Positions 11,286 through 24,358 of a DNA stretch of 64,000 bases are shown here, piece by piece. A model generated the notes under the pieces. It was given only the letters and a program-made list of their open reading frames with translations. It was not told the origin of the DNA and searched no databases. How positions within the stretch are numbered: position 1 is the stretch's first letter; every line of letters starts with the position of its first letter. The position numbers were made by a program, and so were the translations under genes. The DNA is from Nemertoderma westbladi (Eukaryota; Animalia; Xenacoelomorpha): the NCBI GenBank assembly GCA_032718475.1, contig JAUCBJ010001254.1, positions 29,275 through 93,274 of the forward strand, read 5' to 3'.

Positions 11286-12681
11286 TCAGAGTTTATGCGA
11301 TTATTCGCAACATTCATACCCCAAGTTTATTCCTACAGTAATTGTGCTTGTTATAAACCCATAATATTTCCCCTGAACAAACCCATAATATTACACCTTG
11401 TTATACATACCGTTATAGTTAAATTAACCCCGGTACTACATCAGGGCTGTTTGGCGTAGGTAAAGACTGGAGATTTTATGCTTTGGTCACTCCGGCAGAT
11501 ACCGTGGTTCCTTTAGCTGTACAAGTATTTCTAACTGCTGGTTATTTGTTGTATAAGTACTTGTACCTAATTTAGGGTTTAGTGTACAGTGCTTTCCGAA
11601 AGTAATTAGTATGTAGGCAGTATATTTGTGTTGTAAAGTGGTTAATAGGCACGTTGGCTCTGGTAGGCCGCGGTAATTAACTTCTAGGTAGGAACACTCC
11701 GTGAAACATAACGTAGTACTTATAGCGATACGGCTATAAGTCGTCAGACGGTGGTATTTTTCCTATCTGGACAACGCAGTATATTTACTACTGCTTTGTT
11801 ATTTTCAAATACCGTAGAATCCTGTCTGTTAGTAATAACCAGATATTCTAACCCTTTGTTAGGCTGGTTTGTAGACTTCTTGTAAAATTACCCTAAAAAT
11901 TTCGTACGTGTAATTTTTGTGTTTGTTTAGAGATTGTAATCTCACCCCGAATTGTACGTAATTTGTAGTATTAAGTAACTTAGGTAAATTAGAATTATTT
12001 GTTTTAGTGTCCAACAAGTAGCACTTCACTGAGAGCGTACAGCTTCTGTGCGGTGACTCTTCCCCAGAAATAATAACATTTATTTCAAATATTGACAAAA
12101 ACCCATTAAACGGGTATATATATATTATAAATCAACTCAAACCGATTTATAAAATAGTAGGCCTGTCATACAACAATTAGGTCTTAATATCAGTTGGACT
12201 ACCTACTGCTTAAATAACGGTAATAAGGTAAAGTAAAGTAACCAAGTAACCCCTAAAATTCAGAAATTCAATTATTCTAAAATAATTGACATACCGGTAT
12301 TTACAATAGGCTTATTATATTTATTTCTATAAATTTGAGCTGAAATTATATACCGCTATTCTGTAATTAATTATAGTCCATAATTATACTTATATATACT
12401 ATAAGTGTAAGCTGTATACCGGTATTCACGATAGGCTTATTATATATTTCTATATATTTGTGCTGAAATTATATACCGGTATTCTGTGACAAACCTAGTC
12501 TGTAATAATACTTATATATACTATAAGTGTATACCGGTACTCTAATATATTATATATATATCACGTTACACTGAGTAACAGTATCGGTAATTAATTAATT
12601 ACTAGGCTAACAGTTGATACTGAATTACTAGACTTGCTTTAACTGTAATATAGCAGTAGGCATTCAACTGTACCAACAAAC

Positions 12682-15600
12682 ATGTCTGACACAAAGCAAA
12701 ACCTGTCAGACAGTCTCCTAGATACAACCATCTGTGACCCAGACAGGAGTGTGGAACGTGTGAGACCGAAGTTCAACTCACCTCCTACTGTAAGAAAGAT
12801 CATCCCTCCAGTAGTAGTATCAGACCCTAGGCTAGTCCAACACCGTAGGTCTATCATAGGCACTCGAGCTCAAGTCAAGCGAGACCAAGAAGCAGCTGTT
12901 GAACAGCAGCAACACTCGAGCCGAGAACTTATTTCTCAGCGGCCCGACAGCTCCAGTAGTGCGGATACTGTAGAGCTGACACCCGAGCGCGGAGTAAAGA
13001 TGGCAGATGCGGTTTATTCGGATCCCCTTCTCATCCTTCCTGCAGCCGTACTCACTAGGGTATTGATTGCGGTGGAGGAACACCAGATTGATTGGGCGAG
13101 AAGTAAGCGATCGACCAAGGATAGTTATGCGGGATACACAAGGGAAGAACTGAAGTCTATTGTCGAGTCGCAATGGAACTTCCCCGGACCCGGACTCCCG
13201 TTTGACTTATCGGAAGCTGCCTGGGAAGACATACACAGGATGGGAGTGACAAAAGACACCAGTGATCCAGCTGTATGGAAGAGGTCGGCAGCAGGATACG
13301 TACAGGGATTCTTCAGCTCTTTGGAGCGATTAGAGGAACAACTGTTTCGACAACCCCAAGGACCTCAAGAGCAGGGACAGCTGCTTTATCAAGTTAGAGA
13401 AAGAATTCTAAGAATCAGACTAATCCTATCGGCCTTTGAGGAAGCTTCGAAAAGAAGACAAGACACGTCGTTGCAAGTTGCTGTAAAGACTTGGTTCCAG
13501 CGGGTGAGTCTCAAGGTTCAAGGAACGGCCCAGTGGAAATCTCAGCTGGCTGAGCGCTCAACCCATGGAGAATCAACAGATGCTACATTTTCTCAAGTGG
13601 AAAGCAAAGCGACAGCAGAGAAACCTCATAAGAGGGATGCTATTGACATCTATCTGTCAGACTATCAACGCTTTCTAGGTGATGAAGAGTTGAGGAGAAG
13701 GCTGGATGGACTTCGCCCTAATAGTGAAGGAGCCAAGCTTGTGTTGGACGCAATAGATGTGGAAATGTTAGCTGCGAACCAAGCTAAATTTGATGAAAGC
13801 AGCCGCATCGCTAGGGTCCAAGAAGAACAAGTAAAGAAAAAACGTATAGAAGACAGAAAGACAGCAGCAGCGGCAATGGCAGCGGCAGAAGCGGAAAGAA
13901 AGGCGGCAGAGGCAGCGGCAGAGGCAAAAGCAGCAGCTGCAGCAATAAAAGCGGCAGCGGCAGAGGCAAAAGCGGCAGCTGCAGCAGTAGAAACGGAAAG
14001 TAAAGCGGCAGCGGCAGAAGCGGAAAGAAAGATAGCAGTGGCAGAAGCAGAACGAAGAGCATCTGAAGAGACCACCCAACTAGAGTTGGAAATCTGCAAG
14101 AGAAGCAAGACTACATAGATAAACAGAGAACAGCTACTCAGTGGCAGCTGATAAGTCGATCCACCCCCAAGCGACAGGGCTTTACATCATCGGATGAAGG
14201 CGATACCAGAGATCCTGAAGGCGGAGGAAATAGATCTCGTCTCAGCAGGCATAGAAGAATGTCCCACCGTCAGAAATTGCCTGATTTGTCCCCAGCTGTG
14301 AGAAGGCAACTAGCTAGCACAGACTTAGGTAGTACAGAACCCACAGACCAAATTATTAAAGTAGAAAGACTCCCTACTATAGTAGATGAACCTGAAATAA
14401 TTAGGCCTGTTCTCGAAGCCACCCCTTCGGTGATAGAGACACCTTTACTCCCAGAACCTACCTCTAAATTCCCTTTGCACAGCACTAAACTACCTGTGCC
14501 CAGCAGAACCGCCCCTGAGACAGTTCCTGTCCTGGACTCCGAGCGAAATATCAATGATTTGTCGCCCTTGGTCCCTCGTCTGCCCGCTACTATGTTGGCG
14601 GCTCCCGCTTCGGCGGTCGAGTGGGTGGATGAGGGGCGGCAGGGGATGAATCTCCTGCTCAGGCAGATGCAGGAGACTGTTCATCAGTTTAAAGGAACAG
14701 TAAGGGAAAGTAGGTTAGAGTTGCAAGAAGTGCAGCAGAGTATCGCGTTAGAATGCGATAAATTAGTAAATACACAAAAGGGTATACCACCACCCCCTGT
14801 AACAATGTGTCAACCTGTTAGGTCTGAAGTATTTCATGCGCAAGGTGTGGAGCCTACACGCATCTATACTGCTAGTGAAGTAGAAACTCCTATAGTAAAC
14901 CCTATTCAGGGTGATTATAAACCTGTTGATAATAATATTCCATATAGACCTGATCATAATGAGAGAAATTTATATACCGATAACTCGATATTAAATAATA
15001 CGATGGCCCAAGAAAGTTTTACGCGTCAAATGGCTAGAACCGAAGCCCGTCAAGCGGTAAAAGTGGGAGAGATCGTCAAGTTCAATGGAGATGAGATGAA
15101 ATGGTTACCTTTTAATGAATATTACAAAGATAACATACAGAACTCTGTGCTATCTAACGGAGAGAAACTTAGATTCCTCATCGAGTGCTTGGAAGGATCT
15201 CCCAAGTTAATGGCGTTAAAGTTTATTGGACATCCAGATGGATTAAGACAAGTTTGGGATACACTAAACATCAGGTACGGTAATAGGAATAACATAGCTA
15301 GGTTTGTATGCAAAATTGGTAGCCCCCCGAAAGTTCATTAGCAGCGGGATTATAGAGTTTTCCGATGAGATTCAGGAGATCTGTAGACAATTAGATTGGC
15401 TAGGTAAATCTCATGAATATCAGAGTTCTATGGTTATTGGAGCCGTGGCCTCTACTTTACCGAAGGGTGGAGTAGGTACACGCTGGGATAAGAAAGTGTT
15501 ATATATCACAACAACGGCGAGACCCTACCATGGCTGATCTCATGTCATTCTTAAATGGAGAAGTGAAATTACAGCTCCTAAAGCAGTCCAGAGAGAAGAC

Positions 15601-16709
15601 ACCGGAAAACAAGGTAAGTGAGAAACCCGTTTCTAGGAGAAAGGTAACACCAGTGTGTTATACCGACGACGGCGAAAGCCAGGCTTCTCAAGAAGAAGAC
15701 AGCGGGAAAGACACTGAAAGATCTTATTATGTCAACAAAACGCCTAAAGACGTAAGTAAATTCAAGTCTCGAACCAATGACAGGAGAGAACAGGTAAGAA
15801 AAACTCCTCCTACGTCTCCTAAGAGAATTCATGTAAGAAAGCCCGAAGAAAGAACGAGTGTGCACATCGTTACTCAAAATAAGGTAAGTAACATCAAACC
15901 GAAATGTGCGCTGTGTGACGGGCCCCACCGTTTAAATGTGTGTGATGAATTCCTAAAGAAATCATTAAAGGATAGACGGGAAGTCATGTGGGATAAGCGG
16001 TTGTGTTATAATTGCCTCAGACAAGGACACCAACGGCGAACCTGTTACTCCGATGCAAGGTGTGCGAAGTGCAGCGCGAAGCATCATATCTTGTTGCACA
16101 CTGAATTCGAACGAAACAGCCAGAGTCAGGTAAGTGAGTCCGAACTACATGTCCAATTCAGTGATGTGAACGACACCGACCAAAGTTCTGAGATGGAAGG
16201 ATTCTATACGGACGAATTCTCCGACGAAAACGAATCCTGTTACCTGATAAATACCGCAGTGTATTGAGCACTTACGTATGAAAAAGACACCGACAGCGAG
16301 CTCCCCCTAACTAATTCTGACCAACAACCATCTTGGAAAGCATCAACTTCCAATGTAGGAATCCGAGAATTTCCCGTAGTGCAGTTGAGGGTCCACGGAC
16401 CTAAAAGGAGTTATATAGTGAACGCCCTCCTTGACTCCGGTAGCACAGGAACATTCATCGACAAAGAACTAGCCGAAGACATCTTTGCTGGACAACCCAA
16501 GTTCCGAACTAAGTTAAACATGTCAGGAATTATGCAGGTTTGGAAATCTACAGTAATAACAGATTATTATGTAGGTGCGTTGTCCACCCCCCAGGATGAA
16601 CTAGGAGAACACAGTATAAGGTCAGTAAAAATGGTGGCGATAAAGAACTTCGCTACCAGCCAAGTAGAACCTTATAACTGGGATGAGGACGATTTCACCC
16701 AGCAGCTTA
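12682..16709 (+). pseudogene. gag: Disrupted gag-protease of element A (BEL Gag DUF1759-like domain, three Cys-His boxes, aspartic protease)
   Basis: ORF pieces 12682-14118, 14259-15341, 15304-15537, 15530-16267 and 16379-16709; from ~14430 on they are colinear with the intact 1142-aa ORF of B. Motifs: KFNGDEMKWLPF, CALCDGPHRLNVC, CYNCLRQGHQRRTC, CAKCSAKHHILLH, LLDSGS. It has frameshifts, a TGA at 16265 (CGA in B), and is interrupted by B. Confidence 0.92.
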
Positions 16710-17919
16710 TGTTCGCGCTTTCAGACCTTTGGCAGTTTAACCCGCCAAATTAGGATGTCTTCTAGATAATAAATCACCTTTAGCCTATGACAAGTATTTA
16801 ATTCACTACACTAGTCGAAACCAATCTGTGCGCGATCATTCACCCATTGGATATACCCGGGAGATTGGGTTCGACGGCTTAATTTTATTGCTATGTAAGC
16901 CTAATGTATTATTCGACTGACAGTATTATATAATCTCTGACAATATTATTCACTTTCGGGAAATATTAACAGTTCCTTTAGGACGTGGCGCTCTATTTAT
17001 ACAAACAGAGTTATGACTTAAACTACTCACAACGATATGGCTTAGTTATAATTCACATATATGGCGCATTCTTTAGGAAATGCTTCGTTATCAGTCTCAC
17101 TCATACACAATGCTGCACAATACTGCACACTGATCTGCCGATCTTCACTGATTTTAGTCACATATAAAAGGAACACGGACCGAATCATGTAGGGTCTATC
17201 AAATAACATTAGATTCACTTCAAACCACTCAACATAGGTCGCAATCATTTATCTGTAACCTTTCTCTCTTACCTTCGGTATATCAAGAATATTGGGTTTT
17301 CGGGGTTATTTGTCGTTATTCCAAATATAATAATTCATCAACCATATTATGAAGAACTGACAGTAAATAGCAGTATAACAATATAAAGTATGCACAGTGT
17401 TACACAGTATGCAGTGTATGCAGTACTGCAGTATGCAGTATGCAGTGATCAGACATCAGACATCAGATAACGGATATATGTCCTTATAATTAAGCCTACT
17501 AGTGTAGGACTAAAAACTGAAAACACGGAGGTGCCAAAAGCCGGTTCTTAGGCTCTGGGCAAAAAATAACACTGAACTACTGAGTTTCTGTATACACCTC
17601 TAACACAGAGACAACAAACGCTCTGATTGGTCAACCTGAACAACGAGAGAACAAAGAAACAAAGAAACGTCGACGTGGCAATATCAGCTGCTAGCCGTCG
17701 TCATGGTAGCGACACTGTTTTCAAGAGTATCGAGCTTTTACGTCACGGAATTACGGATTATGTCCTCTAAAGTACAAATACCGAAGAAATAGCTTTTATG
17801 TCCGCTAAAACACCAGTACAGCAAGGACACGGCCTTTTTATGCCTGGTAAACCAACTACAGAGTATTTTACGGGAAAAATAAGGAAAAATAACCGGACAA
17901 TTCAGCAAAAGCTTTTACA
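16710..17919 (-). repeat. 3' LTR of element B
   Basis: Direct repeat of 26728-27937. Confidence 0.97.
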
Positions 17920-18977
17920 CCGCTCCCAGAAAATGGGATTTTCAGTCTATAAAATATAAAAATCACAGTTTCTAAAACATAAAGATACTCTAAACAGTTA
18001 GTCTTTCTTACGCAGACGGCGTTTACGCAGTTTTTTGAGGCTAGCAAGAGTCTTTTTCTCTTTGGGGGGAGCCACTTTACTAGGAGGGCCATAACTCCTG
18101 GGTGAAAGGTGCAATATGATTGCATCAGAAGGTGTAGGATTGTGGTCGAGGTATCTGCCGTTTCGATATGCTTCTCCTCGAGCTGATTTTCCTCCGCTCG
18201 TAGCTGGATACGTTCATCCAAAAACTCTCGCAGAGAATAGGATCGTCCAAGTTCGATAACTTCTTAGAGATTCTGGATTTCCCAATCGAATTGAGATAAG
18301 GCCAATTCGTTTATCGATTGGACTTACTGTTATAACTTACGTTTATCTGAACAAACGCAGGTTTCCCTTTTGATCTTTATAGAATAGCGTTTAACTCGTT
18401 TCGTACAACGCTCTCCTTCACCTTGATGAGGGGTTGTATCGCGTTAAACGTGGACGACCATACGGTTGGATAGTGATATTAGGTGTCCGCGTCACAATCC
18501 GGCTAGGTAAGATGGGCGGCTAGCTAGAAATCACTGTCGGAGTGTTACCGATTAATTGTTAGGGTAGCACTAGATCTTTGAACAGTGAATACAGTCCGCG
18601 AGGATCCGCGACACCACCAGGATCGCAGGTCTGAGGTCCAACTAAGGAATGAGGAGGTTTGACCGAGTATTCCGGGACTCTGATCGTAGGTTTACTCCAG
18701 GATCGTTCGAGCCGAGTGAGCATAGGTGATACGTCAACAAGTTTCGGTTTACGTGGATGTTTATGTCTTTCCGTTTATTAGTTGGGTCTAGGGCATTTAT
18801 CGTAATAATACCAAAGACGCACGTCTGGTAGGGTAAACGCGGGTGATATTTATTTGTTGTTACAATGCTTCTATCAAGAATTCCAAATATACGTTGGAGT
18901 TACCGCGTCCATTTGTTTCTTTAGTGTCTTTTCTTTCGAGTCGATTTCGAATAGAATTTTCGCATTCGAATTTCAGT

Positions 18978-19331
18978 TTATGGTTCCGACTCCGCTGGGC
19001 AGGATATATAGTCGACATAGTCCGTATTGTGTAAATCGATAGGATGACCAGTAGTTAAGAAGCCCATATACATACCATTACGCTGCGTATATCGAGCAGC
19101 AAATTTTCTATAGTCCAACTCACGCGTGAGCTGCTCTTGGGACATTGGCGGTTCGATATAACGACCATCGTCCTCCGCAGCAGTTGGACTAACGTCGCCG
19201 CGTATTAAGCTATCAACAAACGCTTGTAAAAGTAGAGTATATCGCTCCCCGATACCAAGACCATCTTCTATCAACTCCGTCATATCTGCTATATATGAGT
19301 TTATCCATATTATAATGAGTTTATATTTAGG
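18978..19331 (-). pseudogene. Small 3'-region ORF of element B, homologous to 30474-30920
   Basis: MTELIEDGLGIGERYTLLLQAFVDSLIR...EDDGRYIEPPMSQEQLTRELDYRKF, truncated relative to the copy in A. Confidence 0.4.
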
Positions 19332-20929
19332 CGAGCGGGCGTCGCTGCCTACCCCAATCAACCCCCGGACAGTACGAGATCCTCAGCGCCGATGTGTCGT
19401 CGCCGCTGTACTTTCGCCAACGACGTAGCCGCACAACGACAACGACAACCGGCACAAGTCACTCAACTGTCCGTCCCAAAGGCTTAGATGTACTTCAGGT
19501 TTTCCTTGGAGAGTTAGGTTACTTTTACGATTGCGACTAGCTACTGTAAACACACCTTAGCAGTAACATTCACCTATAAACTCACAAATACCACACAACT
19601 GGTCACAACTACGCACATTCGGGCCATTTGTCCGTTAGTCAATGCCTTCCAGAATGTCACTGTATTATTATGTATCCTTGGATACTAGTAGTGCGCTATT
19701 TATTCCCTATGCTATTCAATGGGACAAGCTTTCTATTGTTCGTTTAACTCAATTCTAATTCTAGCGTGGTTGTTGCTATGGTGACATTATGCAAAGCTAG
19801 CGGTAGAATTAGGGTAATTCCAATGCATACAGATCTGGGATGTTATTTAATAGTATTCTTTAATAGTCAATGTTCGGTTTTATACATGACTTTATGAATT
19901 TTATCGGCTATTGACTATGTTTGGGAGACTTTCGCACACTCATATGCATAATAAGATAAATCTCCGCTCCCTTGATCTATTAATTAATGGAAATTTTGGG
20001 AATGTTATAAATTGTGTAAAAATGGCAATTTATTAAATTCATTAAAAGGCATGAATTTAAATTATTCCCTGAAATTTTATTATTTGATAATTAAATGGAC
20101 ATGTTTTGATTCTAGAACATGGCTGGGGACACAAGATCCTTAATTCTATGACAATTGTCTTTTTAAGAATATCGGTAAATGCTATGATATCTTAATTGAC
20201 TAGAATTGTTGAAGGATCTGAATTTTACAGATTTTGACTTATTAGATTTGCAAATATTAAATAATTAATATTTGAGATGGGCACCGATTTATTCCAGAAC
20301 TTGCCTGGGGACGTTAACCACTGATTCTAGAATTTGTCTTTCAAGTATATCGGTGGGTGCCGCGATATCTTAATCGACTAGAATTACAGATGGTCAAAGG
20401 GTTTAACAGATTTATTTTGCGTTATACGCTACTGTTAAAGGGACATCACGCTACTATATGTATTATTTAATATACGGTATGAGAGCAATATCGCACGAAG
20501 CAATGTCAGTGTGAAGAGGCAAGTCGTTTCCAAGGTCTACCCAGAGCTTGGTTTAGCCGAGACACGAGGATCTGAACTTTGCATTCCTAATACTCTGCCT
20601 ACCAATAATACTTAAATATAGTAGTGGCTTTATTGTACTTTAATAAGTACGGATATGTCATCTTACTGTAGTTACGTATTTATAATATAATACGGACAGT
20701 AAGGAAAGAAGAAAAGAATTATTTCTTGCCGTCGCACTAAATATAATATAAGTAATTACGTACGCAATAAACACGAATATATTGCACTATTCTACTAAAT
20801 AATCGCTAAATAATATTCTACTAAATTAAATAAAACGATTATAATAAAATTACATAGTAATACATACATAAATATAAAAATAATAAAATAATATAAAATA
20901 ATAGAGTCACACACCCACTCCATATGTTG

Positions 20930-23900
20930 TTACGTTATGGAGTCCCTAGATGTTTGAAGGATTAGGGAGGTGGTCGTGGGAAGAGAATCTTGCCTTCCAC
21001 AGTTTCCGGAGAGTCCTCCATTCCCTTCCGATAAACACAAACGACCGACTGGGTGATTGAGTCGCTGCATCCTGAATACAATTCCAGGTTTCCTCTTCGT
21101 CCTGGAATAGTGACGATAGAAACATCGCTCAAAGTATATGACGGCGTCACAAAGCCGATTCCAGGAGCTATAGTGGTCCGTCGCTCTCTGCAGGAGAGGT
21201 GAGAGTCCCTGCGAGACGTCTGATGTTCCAGAGCTCCAATCGCTCTCTCTGATCTTCATGAAGGATCCACTCGCGGTGGGGAGGCCCAGATCCACGGCGT
21301 CGTCCCTGGCAACATGTAATACCGACAGATCTATCCCGGGTTCAAATAACTCCGATCCACCCGTCCGGGTTTCAGGTTCGACTTTCTCCGCTCCCTTGGC
21401 TGGTCTAATCTCAGTCGGAGTAAGATGGGGAGGCCATTCATTCTCCTTACTCAGGAAGTCGGGTTCACTTAACCGGTCTATAGTATCTGTCAGTTCTTGA
21501 GGAGTTGCTCCTCTGGAAGCGATGTCCGTTGGATTAAACTTCTTGGGGCAATATCTCCATTGATCTACATTGGAGCTAAGATTGTCATTATCTGAGGAGT
21601 GTGGTGTTCCCTCAGTTGGGTCGTCTCCCTCACTAGTATCATCTTCCCATTCACTCACCTGGCGGACGCGATCTTGAAGCAGTCTTTCTCTGAGCGTTCT
21701 TCGGGAAGGTCCAGTAAGGTACCAACCTACTCTAGTTCTTACCGCATAGGTCTGTAGTGGCTGCGGTTGAGCAGGTCGTTTCTCTAATGTCTCCAGCGCC
21801 TCATGCGCGTTTTGGCCGATGAGTATTTGCACTCCAGGATAATCAGTCTGGAATCGAGGTATGTTAAGATGTTGGATGCTCTCATCCTCGTCCCAATTAT
21901 AAAGGTCTGCTTGAGTAGTAGCGAAGTTCTTTATAGCCACCATTTTCACTGACCTTATACTGTATTCTCCTAGTTTATCCTGTGGGGTGGACAACTCACC
22001 TATATAATAGTCGGCAGCTACAGTAGAATTCCAAACCTGCATGATCCCTGACATGTTTAGCTTGGTTCGGAACTTGGGTTGTCCAGCAAAGATGACTTCG
22101 GCTAGTTCTTTATCGATGAATGTTCCTGTGCTACCGGAGTCCAGGAGGGCGTTCACTATATAGCTCTTCTGAGGTCCGTGGACCCGTAACTGGACTACAG
22201 GAAATTCTCGGATTCCTATATTGGAAGTTGGCGCTTTCCAAGATGGTTGTTGATCGGAAGTAGTTAAGGTAAGGTCGCTGTCTGTGTCTTTCTCGTACAC
22301 GAGTGTTCGATACACTGCGGTGGTGTTTATTAGGTAACAGGATTCGTTTTGGTCGGAGAACTCGTCCGTATAGAATCCTTCCATCTCAGATTGATCAGTG
22401 TCGTTCACATCACTGAATTGGACATGTAGTTCGGACTCACTTACCTGACTCGGGCTGTTTCGTTCGAATTCCGTGTGCAACAAGATATGATGTTTTGCGC
22501 CGCACTTTGCACACCTTGCGTCGGAGTTACAGGTTCGCCGTTGGTGTCCTCGTCTGAGGCAATTATAACACAACCGCTTATCCCACATGACTTCACGTCT
22601 ATCCTCGAGTGATTTCCTCAGGAATTTATCACACGCATTTAAACGGTGGGGCCCATCGCACAGCACACATTTCGGCTTGATGTTACTTACCTTAACCTGT
22701 GCTATGTGGTGCACACTTGTTCTTTCCTCGGGCTTTCTCACCTGAATTCTTTTAGGAGACGTAGGAGGGGTTTTTTGTACCGGTTCCCTTCTGTCATTGG
22801 GTCGAGACTTGAATTTACTTACCTGGTCTTTAGGCGTTTTGTTGTCGTAGTAAGATCTCTCAGTGTCTTTCCCGCTATCCTCTCCTTGAGAAGTCTGGCT
22901 TTCGCCGTCGTCTGTATAACACACTGGTGTTACCCTTCTCCTAGAAACGGGTTTCTCACTTACCTTGTTTTCCAGTGTCTTCTCTCTGGACTGCCTTAGG
23001 AGCTGTAATTTCACTTCTCTATCTAAGAATGACATGAGATCAGCCATGGTAGGGTCTCGTCGTTGTTGTTCCATCATATATAACACTTTCTTGTCCCAGC
23101 GTGTACCTACTCCACCCTTGGGCAAAGTAGATGCTAGGGCTCCTACAACCATAGAATTCTGGTATTCATGAGACTTACCTAACCAATCTAGTTGTCTACA
23201 GATCTCCTGAATCTCGTCGGAAAACTCTATAATCCCGCTGCTAAGAAACTTTCGGGGCGCCATTAATTTCGCATATAAATACCTAGCTATGTTAGTCCTA
23301 TTACCATACCTGATGTTTAGGGTATCCCAAACTTGTCTTAATCCATCTGGATGTCCAATAAATTTTAATGCCATTAACTTGGGAGATCCTTCCAAGCACT
23401 CGATGAGGTATCTAAGTTTCTCTCCATTAGATAGCACAGAGTTCTGTATGTTATCTTTGTAATATTCATTAAAAGGTAACCATTTCATCTCATCTCCATT
23501 GAACTTGACGATCTCTCCCACCTTTACCGCTTGCCGGGCTTCGGTTCTAGCCATTTGACGCGTAAAACTTTCTTGAGCCATCGTATTATTGAATATAGAA
23601 TTATCGGTATATAAGTTTCTCGGATTAGGATCAGGTCTATATGGAATATTATTATCAACAGGTTTATAATCACCCTGAATAGGGTTTACTATAGGAGTTT
23701 CTACTTCACTAGCAGTATAGATGCGTGTAGGCTCTACACCTTGCGCATGAGATACTTCAGACCTAACGGGTTGACACATTGTTACAGGGGGTGGTGGTAT
23801 ACCCTTTTGTAAATTGACTAATTTATCGCGTTCTAACGCGATACTTTGCTGCACCTTTTGCAACTCTAACCTACTTTCCCTGACTGTTCCCTTGAGCTGC

Positions 23901-24358
23901 TGGACAGTCTCTTCCATTTCCCGGACCTGCTGAGAGGAGCACAAACAGTGTTCCCTCAGCTGCTCGAGCAGGAGACCCATCTCCCGTCGTCCCTCAGCTA
24001 CCCACTCAACCGCCGAAGCGGGAGTCGCCAACGTTGTAGCGGGCGAGCGAGAGACAACGGGAGATAAATTCTTAATATCTCGCTCGGCGTCCAGGATGGG
24101 TTCGGACTCGGGAACAGTCCTACTGGGCACAGGTAGTTTAGTACTGTACAAAGGGAATTTATAGGCAGGTTCTGGGAGTACAGGTGTCTCTATCTTTCTT
24201 TCCGCTTCTACTGTTGCCATTGCCTCTGCCGCCTTTCTTTCCGCTTCTGCTGTTGCCATTGCCTCTGCCATCTTCCTTTCAAGACCCTGTCCAAGTCTAA
24301 GACTCATTCTAACACCTTCCAAAAGACTATCTGACAGTGCCCGTTTTGTGTCAGACAT
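20930..24358 (-). CDS. gag: Gag-protease polyprotein of element B (1142 aa) with a short RNase H-distal remnant; no RT or integrase
   Basis: BEL Gag core, three Cys-His boxes, protease LLDSGSTGTFI and RTRVGWYLTGP. It then jumps to QWRYCPKKFNPTDIASRG...FL...EWP and YSSWNRL, the BEL motifs that follow RNase H. No YxDD or DDE motif. Confidence 0.93.
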   Translation of the reverse strand: MSDTKRALSDSLLEGVRMSLRLGQGLERKMAEAMATAEAERKAAEAMATVEAERKIETPVLPEPAYKFPLYSTKLPVPSRTVPESEPILDAERDIKNLSPVVSRSPATTLATPASAVEWVAEGRREMGLLLEQLREHCLCSSQQVREMEETVQQLKGTVRESRLELQKVQQSIALERDKLVNLQKGIPPPPVTMCQPVRSEVSHAQGVEPTRIYTASEVETPIVNPIQGDYKPVDNNIPYRPDPNPRNLYTDNSIFNNTMAQESFTRQMARTEARQAVKVGEIVKFNGDEMKWLPFNEYYKDNIQNSVLSNGEKLRYLIECLEGSPKLMALKFIGHPDGLRQVWDTLNIRYGNRTNIARYLYAKLMAPRKFLSSGIIEFSDEIQEICRQLDWLGKSHEYQNSMVVGALASTLPKGGVGTRWDKKVLYMMEQQRRDPTMADLMSFLDREVKLQLLRQSREKTLENKVSEKPVSRRRVTPVCYTDDGESQTSQGEDSGKDTERSYYDNKTPKDQVSKFKSRPNDRREPVQKTPPTSPKRIQVRKPEERTSVHHIAQVKVSNIKPKCVLCDGPHRLNACDKFLRKSLEDRREVMWDKRLCYNCLRRGHQRRTCNSDARCAKCGAKHHILLHTEFERNSPSQVSESELHVQFSDVNDTDQSEMEGFYTDEFSDQNESCYLINTTAVYRTLVYEKDTDSDLTLTTSDQQPSWKAPTSNIGIREFPVVQLRVHGPQKSYIVNALLDSGSTGTFIDKELAEVIFAGQPKFRTKLNMSGIMQVWNSTVAADYYIGELSTPQDKLGEYSIRSVKMVAIKNFATTQADLYNWDEDESIQHLNIPRFQTDYPGVQILIGQNAHEALETLEKRPAQPQPLQTYAVRTRVGWYLTGPSRRTLRERLLQDRVRQVSEWEDDTSEGDDPTEGTPHSSDNDNLSSNVDQWRYCPKKFNPTDIASRGATPQELTDTIDRLSEPDFLSKENEWPPHLTPTEIRPAKGAEKVEPETRTGGSELFEPGIDLSVLHVARDDAVDLGLPTASGSFMKIRESDWSSGTSDVSQGLSPLLQRATDHYSSWNRLCDAVIYFERCFYRHYSRTKRKPGIVFRMQRLNHPVGRLCLSEGNGGLSGNCGRQDSLPTTTSLILQTSRDSIT

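Noticed and set aside
13665-14108. Antisense ORFs over gag (also 442-807 and many within 45227-50636)
   Set aside because: Shadow or alternative frames of repetitive or GC-rich gag coding sequence.
16985-17248. Identical small ORFs at 16985/27003 and 17042/27060
   Set aside because: Duplicated only because they lie in the two LTRs of B; not conserved in the A LTR.
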